Part shown: one piece after another, positions 25,241 through 38,797 of the stretch
How positions within the stretch are numbered: position 1 is the first letter of the stretch
Layout: each line of letters opens with the position of its first letter
Source: Octopus bimaculoides
Taxonomy: Eukaryota
Reading direction: 5' to 3'
DNA length: 64,000 nt
Assembly (NCBI RefSeq): GCF_001194135.2
Contig: NC_068981.1
Span: 36,652,308-36,716,307, forward strand
Program-made: the position numbers and the translations under genes
The notes under the pieces: model-generated
Seen by the model: the letters and a program-made list of their open reading frames with translations, nothing else
Database searches by the model: none
Told to the model about the DNA's origin: nothing

Positions 25241-28200
25241 TTCATGTCAAAGAATATTAATTGATGTTAGTATTTTTACAAGACATTATTTTCTATCAAA
25301 TTCGATCAGCTTACATAAATATGCCAGTCTATAACAAATTCACTTTCAGTCATCTTCCAGAATCTTAAATGAGTTGTATAATGCTATGAAAACAAGGAAA
25401 TTACTAATATCAAAGATTGATTCCAAAACCTTTAATGCAGATCAATGTAATTTTCTATTTAGTGCAATTGATAAGTGTTGATCTTTGAACATACTTGCTT
25501 CCTAGAGACATTTCTGATAAATAAAACGGCTTCTTATGAGACAGCATATAAAAGGTAATGTGATATTTTTATCCTTATATTCAAGTTCAACTTGGGAAAC
25601 CTCTCAAATCAAATCTTTATCCTGTTATTCAGTTCAGATCTCTGAATTTACTTTTGTAGAGATTCTTTGTTGATAAAACAGGAGACTTTTGATGAAATGC
25701 TTACTGGCTATTGTTTATTAATGGAAAGTTGTTCCATAAAACTACTGCCTGACTTGCTGCTTTTTTCAGGATAACTAGATTTAATTTCCCTTGGTAATGG
25801 CTTCTGTTTGCTGGTGGGCCACAAACTCAATGTCCTGATTACTTGATTAAGTTCATCGTTTATTCTAGTATATTACAAGTAATTATTTTATCAATACAAG
25901 ATGGAGAAATGGCTGTGATAACCTTGATTGGACTCAAACACTGAGCTGTTGACTTTCTGTTGCTGTTGCTTAGCTTCAGGTTAACCCTGCAGGACCATCC
26001 TGTTATTTTTTTTATGGATATCTATGATTAAATGACTATATTATCAAATGTTGCCATTCTCTTTCTCATGACAATATGATATAATTTCAGCAAGAGTTTA
26101 CTGTTAGTTCTAACATGTTCTGTGACTAAGTAAAGTCTCACTCACTGGCCTGTCTTTCATAAAAAGTTTCAGCATGTACCCATTATCCACTTGCATAAAA
26201 CTAAATCATGTAACAGCAATAAACCTTCTATAATCTCATTTATATTCAAACCCTTCTGTAGAGTCATTTGCACATTGTGATTAAAGAAAGATCTTTGTTT
26301 GAAATTTTAAGTCCCTGATAAAAAGCTTAACCATTCCCTTTTAATTTGCTTTCAAACAATTGTATTGTCTCTTTTCGTGATGGGATCATAGCAATTCTGT
26401 CTTGGAATAAAGAAAGAAATGAATAAAATAAGGATAGAGAGCACTGTTTACTCTCACCACAGACAACATATATAATGTTGATAGTATTATAAATGCAACC
26501 ACTTCATTTAAAGTGTAAAGGTACTGGAAAGATATCCAGCTATAAAAAAATGTCCTACAAAATATGATATGGTATACATAAAAGAGTTGACTCATTTTTG
26601 TTCTGTTATTGTATATGTCTGTGTGTGATAGATGATGAAGAAGAATAAGGATTGGCAAGATGCTGTGAAACTTATTTAATCTATGTTGGTATAGAGAAAG
26701 AGATGAATTCATAGTGAAAAATGATAAATAATATGTTAAAGTTTTGTTAAGGAATGAAAAAAAATGTCTGCAAACTTTGTCAAAATGGAATAAGTTTGAG
26801 AGGAAATAGCTTACTTTTCAATCACTCAACCTTATAGATAAGATAGCATAGGATCAAGTTAAAGTAAAAGGAACTTTGTTAAATATGTTTCCTTTGAGCA
26901 AGACAGAAACTACAAGACTATTTGTATCAGTTTTGGTACACCTCAAACAGGCAGACATCCACTCAAATACTTGTGCTCCAACATTTGGGCCAAAATGTTT
27001 AAAGTTCAGGTTAATCAACAACGATATTGATGCTTGAGGAAAATGTTTTCAGTTGGCAAAGAGGATATGTATGTGTTGTCATATCAGTGAAGGGATGATG
27101 AGGGACAATATGTGGTTAGGATGAGTCAGAATGAACTTACTAGGCTTAATGACACTTGAAAGTCACATGGAGCACTATCCATTGCAGATGTAGAAATAAA
27201 GAGCACAAGACATGTGGTGAAGGGTAAAATGTCATTCCACTACACTTATGGAACTAAAGTTTATTTAAGGGCTTTTTTCCCGAATGAATTGGAAAATAAA
27301 AAGAATTTTAGTGGAGAAGAACAGAGACAGCAACTAGTGCAGCAGATTCCAATCTTCAGTTGACAGAGAAGATCTCTTTGCTTCAGTGTGAGGAGGTAAC
27401 CAGGTGGCAGAAGGACTCCTTCTTGGGTCATGTCTAGTGGAGACAGTGAGAGGATGATGGAGGTGGAAAGTATTTGACAAATTAACAGCAGCCAGCAAGC
27501 AGTATTGATTCTAGCTCCACAAGGCACAAGATTATTCATCTTGTCCTTTGTCCCAGAGACAGATAAGGGAGGGTCTTTCTCTCCGCTAACTATTGTACCA
27601 TCCCACTGGAAGCTGGTGAGGAGTTGAAAATTACTGGAAAAAGTAAGTAGAACAAAAAAATATAGCTGAAAAGAAAGGGGGAACTTGATCTAATGGCATG
27701 TAAAATACAGCAAGTAGATTATAAGAATGGCATGAAATTCATCGCTGTTCAAAAGATAAACAAATAATTTGTGAACAAATTAACACATATGTGATACAAA
27801 TGATATAGTCTTGATCTACTAATTACTAAAGATTGAATAGAGTCAGATTAAAAGAAACATGTCAGTGAAAGAAGTTTAGTAAAAATAATATCAGTATATT
27901 AATAAGAGCTAAAGAAGGAGGACATAGGAAAGAAAATGTAGAAGGAGGACATACTGACATGTAGTCAGCAAGTGTTCTCATGTAAGACAGACAAGTAGAG
28001 AAATAAAGAGTATTTTATGTTAGTTATTAAAGTCATTGAAGCTTATCTTCTGACATTATGAGAAATGTCTGAAAACGAGACATGTTAGCATTAAGGTCTT
28101 AATGTCTTAAAGAGGTTGCCCAACTATTCACCTGAATCTAACAATAATCCCCATACAGTTTAATGATTCATACATCAGTCATATTTATATGGTCTTAGAC

Positions 28201-29220
28201 AGGAATATTCTCAGTTTATCAGAATAAGATGCTTGTGATATAATTTTGAGAACAACATTCTTGGAATGTGTAGCTGGTAGCTTCGTGTAATATATGCATA
28301 TGTATTTACATACATGGGTTATATCCAAGAATATGTATAAACACACTCATACATACACACACACACACACTCTCTCTCTCTCTCTCTCTCTCATGCACAC
28401 TCTCTCTCTCTATCTCATGCACACTCTCTCTCTCTCACACACAAACTCACACACACCCACACCCACACCCACACACTCACATTATGCATATTGGGTTGAT
28501 ACGGACTTCGAGTTTCACCTGTAGCAGTTTATTCAAATAGGAAACTTGAAGTTCCTATCAAGTGTCTCATCCCTTGCAAAGGATATTAATGAGCCCTTTT
28601 GGGTATGCAAAATGCCAATGTGAACAGTAGCAGATGTGTGAAGCTTTAATCTGACCTAAATGGTAAGTTCTTACCCATGTGTAGATAGTAACCCTGAATA
28701 TTTCAATATGTACTTTTGAAATAAAATTTTGTTTTATTTACAATGTTTTCTTTGTGGAATATTTATTACATGGCTATTTTTTATGTGTTTTCTTTGTATA
28801 ACATTGATGACTCCCACCTTCGATTTTATATATATTTGTTTTGTTCACCTCCACACATTCTTGTAACACCATTGGTTTTAACATCTTGTGTAATGGTGTG
28901 TATGAATGAATTTGAATTTAACTGGTTAAAGGTACAAGTGTGGCTAAAGATGCAGGTATGGTTGTAGCTGCAGACATGGCTGCATGTTTAAGATATCAGC
29001 TTCTCAACCACATGGTTTTGGTTTCAGTTCTACTGCATGGCACCTTACATATGTCGAAACCTTTTTTAGTGGATGGTAAATGGAAAATGAAAGCCCATCA
29101 CACATGTATATATACAAGGAGATGCTGAAAATGCCATTAACTAATTGCCTTCCAGTAAAATTGCTGGCCATGTGCAGAATTTGAAACAACAATTACTATT
29201 ATCATTATTATTATTATTGT

Positions 29221-29660
29221 TAAGGTGGTGAGCTGACAGAATTACTAAGCATGCTGGACAAAATGCTTAGTGGTATTGCAGCTGTCCTTATGTTCTGAGT
29301 TCAAATTCTGCCGAGGTCGACTTTCAGATTCGATGAAATAAGTACCAGTTATGCACTGGGGTTGATGTAATCGACTAGCCCCCTCCCCCAAAATTTCAGG
29401 CCTAGAAAGGATTATTACTATTAACGTAATTATTATTAAGGCAAGTGAACTAATAAAATCATTAGCATGATGGGAAAATGCTTAGCAGCTTTTCATCTGT
29501 CTTTCCTTTCTGTATTGTGAAAAACGCCTTGTGGTATTTGTTCTAGCACTATGTCTTGAGTTCAAATACCGTTGATGTCAACTTTATCTTTCATCATTCG
29601 AGTATTGATAAAACACAGAACCAGTCAAGTGCTGGGGTTGATGAAACAAACTAACACCTT
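29221..29660 (+). mobile_element. Two tandem tRNA-derived SINE copies
   Basis: GGTGAGCTGACAGAA...AAATGCTTAG...GAGTTCAAATTC (B box)...GATGAAATAAGTACCAG...CTGGGGTTGATGTAATCGAC; second, older copy from ~29440. Confidence 0.75.
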
Positions 29661-30410
29661 CCTTATGCTTAAATTATAAATTATTATCAATATAGGACTT
29701 TATGGAAACAAGACTTGCTATTATGTATTTTTGTCTGGAATAAACATTTTTTGACCAGTACGTGTGAGAGGTCCACTGCATGACTTCTGAGGGCAGCTGA
29801 AATAAGTGCAAAGAGCTTGGGTCATTTAGCATTGTCGAGAGCCTTTGGTTGTACTTGCTTTGCATAAAAATGTTTCATATATACGTATGAAACTCCTGTG
29901 ACTAATAAAGAATGTATTTTATTGTTATCATGCTCTCAGTAGTTTCATGTGAATTATTATTGCACCACCAGGTGCATGTGTGCTGCATTGCTTTTTTTTT
30001 ACAGTATAAAATTATATTAGTATGCTGCATAAATTGTATTTTGTTGTTTCCAGTGTTGTGTTAGTGTTTAGTTTGTTTGTAATCATGCAGCACAATATAA
30101 GTTGTGTAGCATGACCACTGTTTCATAAGTGCTGTGTGAGTTGTACTTTGCATCATAGGGTATATACTATGTGATATAGTGCATGTATGCTGTGTCAATC
30201 GTATTATATAATAATAAAGTGTTGGGTGATAGTTGTGTAGAGTATATTCTATGAGAGGTGGGTTATATTTATGGGTGGCAATTTGTATAGAATTATGATT
30301 TTTAAAAGTTGATGGTGGAGTGTGAGTTGTATAATAGTATTGATTGGTGATTATTTAAAAGGATGTGTAGTGTAAATTGTGTAATTTCATAGGGTGATGA
30401 TTATGTAAAG

Positions 30411-30664
30411 CAGTGGTTCTCAACTAGGGTCTGTATGACCCTTGGAGGTCCATATATAAGATTTGTTTTGTTAAAATTCATGTGCAGCGAATTGCTTACA
30501 CTTTTCCAGTACACCAAATCTTAATTATTTTTAAAGCAATTCATACTATTATTATTCAATTCTATATGTATAATGAGATTTTTTAAACATTAAATGGCTA
30601 TGAGGGTCCACCCAAGTGAAATAGGAATCAAAGAGGTCCATAAAAAATAGTTGAGTATGCATTG
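30411..30664. mobile_element. hAT (Charlie-like) MITE
   Basis: Starts CAGTGGTTCTCAAC and ends with degenerate GTTGAGTATGCATTG; no clear 8-bp TSD. Confidence 0.55.
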
Positions 30665-30669
30665 TGTGA

Positions 30670-31400
30670 ATTGTGCTATAAATCTGAAAGTGTCTTTCAT
30701 AGGATATAGGCTGTATCTGGAAGAGATATTTATTGTACTGTTTCAGTTAGCCCTAGTATTGTTGCTCATGATTTTCTATATTATACTGTATGCTAGAATT
30801 ATTATTGGTTATGTTTTTACTTTCATACACTATTTCTCCCTAAATTCTGTTTCAATATATTTGTATTTTGATAGTTTTGGTCAGAAGAGATCAAAATATC
30901 TGTAAGGGTACACACAGGGATTTCCATTCTAGTCTTTGATTATAAAATCTGGATGATTAACCTTGATCTTCATATCACAGATTATTATGGCAGGTTGTTG
31001 TCATATACTGTTTGATACATACTCACATCACTTCTCAGTTTTTACAATAAAGTGTGATTGCTTAATGGACATAATTACTGACTCAGTTATGTCTGCAGAT
31101 ATACTTGAACTTAGAAAAGAATAGACAACAAAAAGTGATAAGGTCTGTTGTCTCATTGTACTAGCTGCATAATTTACACTTGATATTAAGCTTCTTGCTT
31201 CATTATTTTGTTATTATAATTTTTTCTGTGAATAGGCATCAATTCTGTGCAGCTGAGATAAGATTTCTTTTCTGCTCTTAGTTCAGACCTTTTGAGCCAT
31301 TGTTGGCTTTTACTTTGGCTTACTTTCTCTCTGTCAAGTCTAGAATGGTTTTTCTCTGCATTGCTTCTTTAGTATATTTTTTTAATTCTAATTTACTTTG
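30670..31400 (-). mobile_element. R4/Dong-like fragment, heavily decayed
   Basis: LISAAQ...NIKCKLCS*YNETTDLITFCC...KYICRHN (CCHC remnant) and KVNHPDFIIKD (RLE motif remnant). Confidence 0.7.
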
Positions 31401-31574
31401 CTCTTTTGATTTTTAAAAATATTTTCTTTTATTTGTCCTTATCTAAACATTTTTCTTTGGTGAAGTTATCATATAATCTCTAACTTATTGTTTCCTTACA
31501 CATAGATATTAAAAATGATAGCAGTGAATACAATGATGGCAGTGTTGGGAATTAATATAAAAAGAATAAAGAAA

Positions 31575-31720
31575 TCATCATTGTCATCATTGTTATCATT
31601 GTCATCATTGTCATCATTGTCATCCTTGTCATCATCATCATCATTGTCATCATCATAATTGTCATCGTCATCATCATCATTGTCGTCATTGTCAGTATTA
31701 GTATTATTGTTATTATTAGC
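31575..31720. repeat. Degenerate (ATC/GTC)n trinucleotide repeat
   Basis: Direct inspection. Confidence 0.9.
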
Positions 31721-33204
31721 ATGCTGGTGATATGATGATCAATTATATTGCTTTTGTTTTCCTTATCACCCTTACCACTTAATACCAAAAGAGAAATCCA
31801 AATATATAATATTTTTAACATGAAACATTAACTTAACAAATCAAGAAATTGAATATCATTCTGTAAGATGTTATATTTTATTGCTATTTTTAAATATTTG
31901 AAGTTGCTGCAAATAGAAATCAATAGAAAGAGATAAAGTAGGGTAACAGGCCAGTTGTAAAGGGTAGAAAGAAATTCAAAGAAAATTTTTAAAAAAAAAT
32001 CAATCACACTGCAGCTTGGTCTAAATCTGCATTGTGGTTGATAGCTGAAGGCATTCAGAGGACAGTTAAGACAGGAAGATTACTTTTCATCTTATGGTTT
32101 CCTTTGAATTAATAAGTTTCCAGATTATTTGGCTTCATTTGTTTGGAAATTACAGTTTTGATTGTCCAGTAACTTGAATAGAGAGAGATCGACATTAGCT
32201 TTGACTTGATCAGTCTAAGACTTTCATATCTTTGACTGCATCAATACTGGTAGACAATATTTACAATAGATTAAAGAAAGCTAACTTTTTTAAGTTTGTA
32301 AATTACAATTACAATATTATTAAAAATCATATTATTTACACCAGGATTACATAACAGAAAGCTCAAAAAGTTTCATACATATTACTTTTGCACAAGTATT
32401 TCATTGTATTCTTGGAATTACTAACTAAGAAGGGATGAGTGCTACTATGGTATTTTAATGAAAATTATATAAGCCTCATCATAAGTATCCTCCCCTAGAT
32501 GCATATAATCAATTAAGGGAAAATGTTTATGGGTTTTCTTTAAAAAAAAAACAATTGAAATTACAGGTCACACAACTGACAATATCTAATTTTCAGTTCA
32601 ACAGATTCTGGATAGATATCAATTCAAAGAAATAAATCCTTTGCTTGTTGAGTAATGGATTATATAATAATTTCTTTATTCCTATCCTCAAAATTCACTA
32701 CAAAGGGTGAATTGATAAGAGCAATAATGTAACTGTCAACAGAAGAGATTATATATGGTATTAGCCACTTCAAATTCTTTGAGACTGATCATTGAAATAT
32801 CAATTATAGAATCTATAAGACTCATACCATGAAGAAAATATTTGGGATGTTAAAGTGCATGAGAGTTATGTTCAAGAACTGAGTTGTATAAACCATTAGT
32901 AACACAGATTATGAAACCAAAATCAATGTAAGTTGTCTATGTGTTGTGGAAATAACTTGGTGACTTGAAAGCTTGGGGAAAATATACAAGTGATCTATTA
33001 GTTTTAAAAGACATACTTTATAATTAACTGAAGAATACTCAGAATAACTCAAGAACAATGACTCCTTATCACAAAGAGTTTCAGTAAATCTGATAGATTT
33101 AACACATTCACACCTATACATACATAGATATATACATGATGGCCATCCACTTGTGACTGAGGAAGACCATTGCTGACCTTCAGGAACATTGTGCGCTCTA
33201 GGAC

Positions 33205-34242
33205 TAACTTATATTTTGCATCTGCAGCTCTCTAGATAATATTGCAATGGTCTGAAGAGATGATAGTAAGATGGAACATTGTCAAGAAAGTAGGGAGGAT
33301 GAAACAAAACTTCTGTATTTAGTGCTGTAATTTAATCCCAAGTGGCTTGGACAATATGTGATCTTGCAATATTGTGTAAGAGCAACGTCCCTTTATGATT
33401 GATCAATAAGTGCTTTTTTTGTGCACTGCTTCCTATTGATAACAATACATCTCCACATTAACTATTTTGTCGTGGTTTAACAATTTATGAAAGACAACAC
33501 CCTTTATATCCCACCAAAGAAACTACATAACATTTTATGAATGCAGTCCTGGTTTGGGGATGGTTTCTCTTTTTTCATTAAGTGCCAGCCATTGTTACCT
33601 TTGTTGGATACGATTATAGAGAAACTATTTTTAATTGCTTGTGATGATTCTACTCAGGAAAGGTTTTGTAGCAATTCTACTCTTCAAGGAAAGGCAGAGA
33701 GCAACTCTTAGATTTAGCCAAGAAGCAATAAGATCGTAAGGAACCACTAACCAAGTTTAAACACTTTTCCTAGTTCATGAAAGTGTTTTATGATTGAAAT
33801 AGGACATGATACTTAAACATATTTGAATTGAACTGTTTTGCAAATTCTCATACAATTTGCTTCAGATTTTCCTTAACGGTTTTCAGAAACTCAATCCTGA
33901 TTTATGGGAATCTGCAGAAGAATTTCCCAGGTGAAACTGGCAAAAGTATTCTTGAAATGTCCACAGACTTAAAACTTGATTTCCATAAACAAGAGAACAA
34001 ATATTTCTAGCTACTTCCATTGCTGAAAAGCCTCTTATGAATTCATACATCATGCAGTGTCTGATATGGGTCAGATCTAAACTCATTTTAGAAAATTTCG
34101 TCATTATGGTATGAAGAAATCTGGAAAGACAAGAAAAGCATTAGAATGTAAAAATTAATACTTATTTTGTTATAAGTATTGAAAAAGTACCCTGAAAGCG
34201 ATCATGTCAAAAATGTGATAAAACTTTCTTTCTTACCTAATA
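33205..34242 (-). mobile_element. mariner transposon (different subfamily), 3'-truncated
   Basis: TATTAGGTAAGAAAGAAAGTTTT TIR-like end at ~34242; HIRHCMMYEFIRGFSAMEVARNIC, KPGLH..VM.FLWWDIKGVVFHKLL, HNIARSH, HPPYFLDNVPSYYHLFRPLQ. Confidence 0.8.
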
Positions 34243-35511
34243 TATATTTATATATACACACACACATATGTCCAACCCATGCTAGTATGGAACACAGATG
34301 TGAAATGATAATGATGATGATAGTGATGGTGATGATGGTGTTGACACATAAACAAACACCCACACATATACACAGATATTTTATATNNNNNNNNNNAAAA
34401 GTACCCTGAAAGCGATCATGTCAAAAATGTGATAAAACTTTCTTTCTTACCTAATATATATTTATATATATATATATCAATCTCACTGTATTGATGTCTG
34501 TCATTGGAAATTGCTTGTACATTCCAATTTCCATTTCATAAGAAAATAAACTATATTGAAATCTATTCTGACATAAACATTTGCAAACCTTGTCCTTGGT
34601 CACTCCATATCAGTAACATAGAGTTGGTGCAAGTCTATTTAAATCTTCTTAAGAGACAAAATCCGACTCACTTCAAATCTTATCAATAATTTCTCATTAA
34701 CGGTCACAATCAAAATTAACAATTTGACATGATGACCATCTCAGAAAAAGTGCATATAGTCACATGCTCTCTCTCCCAAATATGCACACATATTTACACT
34801 CACTGTTACTATATATAAAATGTGACATGATAGACAACAAAATATGTGCACAACATTTCCTAGATGTAGCATTGAGAGATGATTGCTACCTTTAATTTAA
34901 CTAACTTTGGAGTCAACAACTCAACTGGTTTTCTCTTCACTCTTAAACACTGGAGATATTCAATAATTTAGGGAAAGAAAAAAAGATCTTGTTTTAAGAA
35001 TGTTTTGCAAAAAATCAAAAATTACCATAAATAAATAAATGTAATAAATTTATTCTATTATTTTGGTTAGGGAAAATTCAATTTATTTTTATATAAAATG
35101 ACTGCAAAATTTTCTCTTGTAAAAATGAAATTTCCTATATCTTTCTATTTTATTTCATTTTGAAATTATCTTAAAGCTTAAGATATTTTATTTTTCTTAT
35201 TTTGCCATCTTTGAAAAGTTTTCTTTGTGTTTAGAGGGTGATTAATTTTTTTTTTAATATATCATTCTTCCCCAAACTTATAAGAAGGAATTGTTCACAT
35301 CTAGCTGGAGACTTGGAATTGATTTTACAAAAAAAAAAAAAGCTAATAAATATATTATAAGATTTGAATTGCAATGAAATGTAAAGAAAATCCTAGTTAT
35401 TTTTTTATAGTCAATATTAGGAATATTAACAATTTTTTATGTACAAATATATATATTTTTGATATTGTTGCATGATTATTCTAAATAATTCTTGCTAAAC
35501 TTTTCAAACAG

Positions 35512-35583
35512 AAGTAGATATTTTTATCAAAGGAAAAACAGTAGAATCCAAAGAAACTAGTGATGGTCTGCCTTTGGCAAACA
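35512..35583 (+). CDS. Candidate 72-nt symmetric (phase 1-1) exon of an unidentified gene
   Basis: CTAAAC-TTTTCAAACAG acceptor, open frame (E)VDIFIKGKTVESKETSDGLPLAN, CA|GTAAGT donor; no homology recognised. Confidence 0.2.
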
Positions 35584-36253
35584 GTAAGTACAAAAAGTCC
35601 GCAAAGTGGAATAAATTAATTTGATATCAGAAAGAGAAGTCAAACATCTCAGACAGAGATGAAATGTTTACTCAGAGTACTGAATAAATATATAAGTAGA
35701 TGTTCTTATGGATATCTTAACATCCTGGGTGAGACTGGTTTCTTACCAGTCATGAATAGCTATATTGTTTCTTCTGTTAAATTGTTTTTGAATTATCTCA
35801 TCTGGAGCCAGCATTTCCTTTCTCTCTCCCATTTAACTTCCTCTTTTATTCAGTTTTCTTGAATTATTCTTACGCTTTCATTCCATATAAATTATTAAGT
35901 AAACTGATGAATAAAATAACACTGTGACTGACCTTGGCCAAAAAGAGAAATTGTGACAAGAATGATAAGGTGCTTAAGGACTTATGATATTTAATTATGC
36001 AAGACATGGGCTCACAAAAGATGCAATTGATTTTGGTAGATTTACAGATGAACAATACACAGGTGGGCTGTAAAGATTATTGGCTTACTATGAAGGAGTG
36101 ATGCTAGAGCTGTGAAAAATCTTGCATGCATTAATTTCAACACTTATTAATAATTGCATTCTTTCATTCCATGTAAACTGATATCTCACTGTTCAAAGAA
36201 GACTTCAAAATTAGTAGTGAATTCACTTGAAAATAGAAAACATTTGGCATTTT

Positions 36254-36686
36254 AGAAAATTACTATTTGTAAATCTCACAACGAGAGATATTCAGTAACT
36301 GTACTTTGGAGTAAAGATTATTTGCCTATAAAACATGGCAGTCCTGGTTTAGGACGAATGTTGTGAGATTTACAAATAGTAATTTTCTAATTTATAGATC
36401 AGTGACTAGTTGTCACTTTGAAAACTATATATTTCGAATGGGAATTTGGCAGTGCCACCTCTAGCTGAACAATTATTCTGTGCTGATGAAGGGAAATAAC
36501 CTTGAAAGCGCGATACACAGATATTGTTTTGAGCTGAGTGGGGGTGCTAGATTCCCTTGTTTGAAAATATAAGGACACAGATTATGTTGTATAGCCAGCT
36601 GGAGACGATGTCTCCTGGGGCTAAATTACGGCAACATTCGTCCTAAACCAGGACTGCCATGTTATGTTGGCAAATAATCTTTACTT
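36254..36686 (+). mobile_element. 433-bp retroposed insertion (Penelope terminal-repeat-like) with 13-bp TSD and nested inverted repeats
   Basis: CATTTGGCATTTT at 36241-36253 and 36687-36699; 36254-36282 is the perfect reverse complement of 36360-36388; 36309-36363 approximates the reverse complement of 36632-36687. Confidence 0.75.
36477..36521 (+). ncRNA. Minimal type I hammerhead ribozyme motif (stem III imperfect)
   Basis: TCTGTG-CTGATGA-AGGG aaataa CCTT-GAAA-gcgcga-TA-CACAGA. Confidence 0.5.
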
Positions 36687-37224
36687 CATTTGGCATTTTG
36701 TTGTTATCAAGTACCTGCAGAAAAAGGGTTTAGTCCCCAACAACATTCATGCTGGTATGGTTGTTACATTAAGGGATGATGCTCCAGCTTTAGCAACAGT
36801 GCAAAAGTGGGCAGCTGAATTTAGGAACGGAAGAGAGAGTCTTGAAGACGACCCAAGGTCTGGATATCCTGCAACTGCCACCACCAAGAAAAAAAATGAT
36901 CAAGTTCACACCATAGTAATGGATGACAGGTGATTGACTATAAATCAAATTACCAATGATATTAGCATATCCTGTGAAAGAGCTGAGGATAATCTGCATA
37001 ATGAACTTGGCATGATGAAGGTTTCTGCTCAGTGGGTGCCATGTCTTCTGATACTTGATTAAAAGTGCAACAGGCTGATCACATCACAGGAAAATCTGAC
37101 ATTCTTTTCTACTCAAGGCACAAGGCCTGAATTACAGATGTATGTGCATGCATGTATGCGTGTATAAAATACACATGTGCACTCATGTACATTTATATAT
37201 GTATATACATATATAAATATATAA

Positions 37225-37283
<59 letters not shown>

Positions 37284-37307
37284 CATTTATCTATCTATCT
37301 ATCTATC

Positions 37308-37370
<63 letters not shown>

Positions 37371-37959
37371 ATGTACTTATATTGTGTTTAGGTGTGTGTA
37401 TGTGCATGTGTAAATGCATGAGTGTATTTATTTTGACACATATAAAACTTGTCATCTTTTAAGATCATTTTACTTAAGGCCAATTCTTCTCAAACTTTAC
37501 TTAGGGTGCACTTTAGCACAAGCAAACATATTTTGGTGCACTTTAGTGATAAATTTAAATAAGTATTTAAGATGTATACATATATATGTAAACACACACA
37601 CACACATGCATACACACACACACACACACACACAAATGCATACAAAAAATGGAGAAAAAATATATATACATATAAATTCATATATAATAGTGTATGTTTT
37701 ATGTATGTGTTTTATATATGTATGTGTGTAATGAGAAATATTAGAACTGACATTTAAACTAAATGATGGATTATACCATACAATTGCTGATATTCTGGTG
37801 ATATTAGTATTAAAGATTGAGAAACTTTTTCTGGGGGTATAATGTTTTTTTTTTTTTATGAAAGTACTTCTAATCAATGCTTCATTAAAATACAAGGCCA
37901 GAAATTTAGAGATTTAACGCAAGACCAGAAATTATGGGGAAAAAGAACACTTGGTTATA

Positions 37960-38180
37960 TTAGTTTCATATTTTGGCACAAAGCCAGTAATTTCAGGGGA
38001 GTGAGTAAGTTGACTACAATGACCCCAGTGCTTAACTGGTACTTCTTTTATCAACTCTGAAAGGATGAAAGGCAAATTTGGCATCAACAGAATTTGAACT
38101 CAATGAAATTTGAACGTAAAGATGGACAAAATACTACTAAGCATTTTGCCCAGTATGCTAACGATTCTGTGAGCTCACCG
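37960..38180 (-). mobile_element. tRNA-derived SINE (same family as 29221)
   Basis: Reverse complement has GGTGAGCTCACAGAATCGTTAG...AAATGCTTAG...TAAAAGAAGTACCAG. Confidence 0.75.
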
Positions 38181-38694
38181 TGTTAAGAACAGTTGATTAT
38201 ATTGACCAAGTACTTGGTTGCCATCGACCCTGAAAGGATAAAAGGCAAACATGACTCAATAGGAATTGAACTCGTGATATAAAAGGCTGAATAAGGCATT
38301 TTTTGACACTCTAATAGAATGAAAATATTGAAAGAAGAAAACAGTAATGTTGGGGATGTATATAATAAGATAGAAATACAAATAGAGATAAGGTGATAGT
38401 AGTGGCTTTAGTTATTGTTGCTATGGAAGAGATGATGCCTGAAAAAGCTTTTGAAAAATGTATTGATAATGAAAAGCGAAAGATAAAAATAATTCTACAG
38501 TGTTGAAGCCAAGAGAGAATGGGTAGTTGGGAGGGTGGATGAGATAAATAGCAAGGTAAGCGTGAATGGTTAAAAGGTTAAAAGATGAAAGAATTAAAAA
38601 GATAATATGTTAAGGAAGGTAGTGGGTTCCAGTAGACAGACTATGATAGTCTACGTCACATATATGTATGCATACATATATGTGTTTATATGCT

Positions 38695-38797
<103 letters not shown>

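Larger units (their letters stand above)
36058..37105 (+). mobile_element. mariner transposon 5' half (same family as 1025-1692), interrupted
   Basis: IKYLQKKGLVPNNIHAGMVVTLRDDAPALATVQKWAAEFRNGRESLEDDPRSG; shares upstream CTATGAAGGAGTGATGCTAGAG. Confidence 0.88.

Noticed and set aside
6027-28602. Other exon-like snippets (6027-6070 minus; 19475-19556, 24249-24375 and 28541-28602 plus; 22409-22430 minus)
   Set aside because: Weak splice sites, inconsistent phases and no recognisable protein; expected by chance in AT-rich DNA
34183-34470. Duplicated mariner end on both sides of a 10-N gap
   Set aside because: Identical sequence flanking a gap is typical of uncollapsed haplotypes
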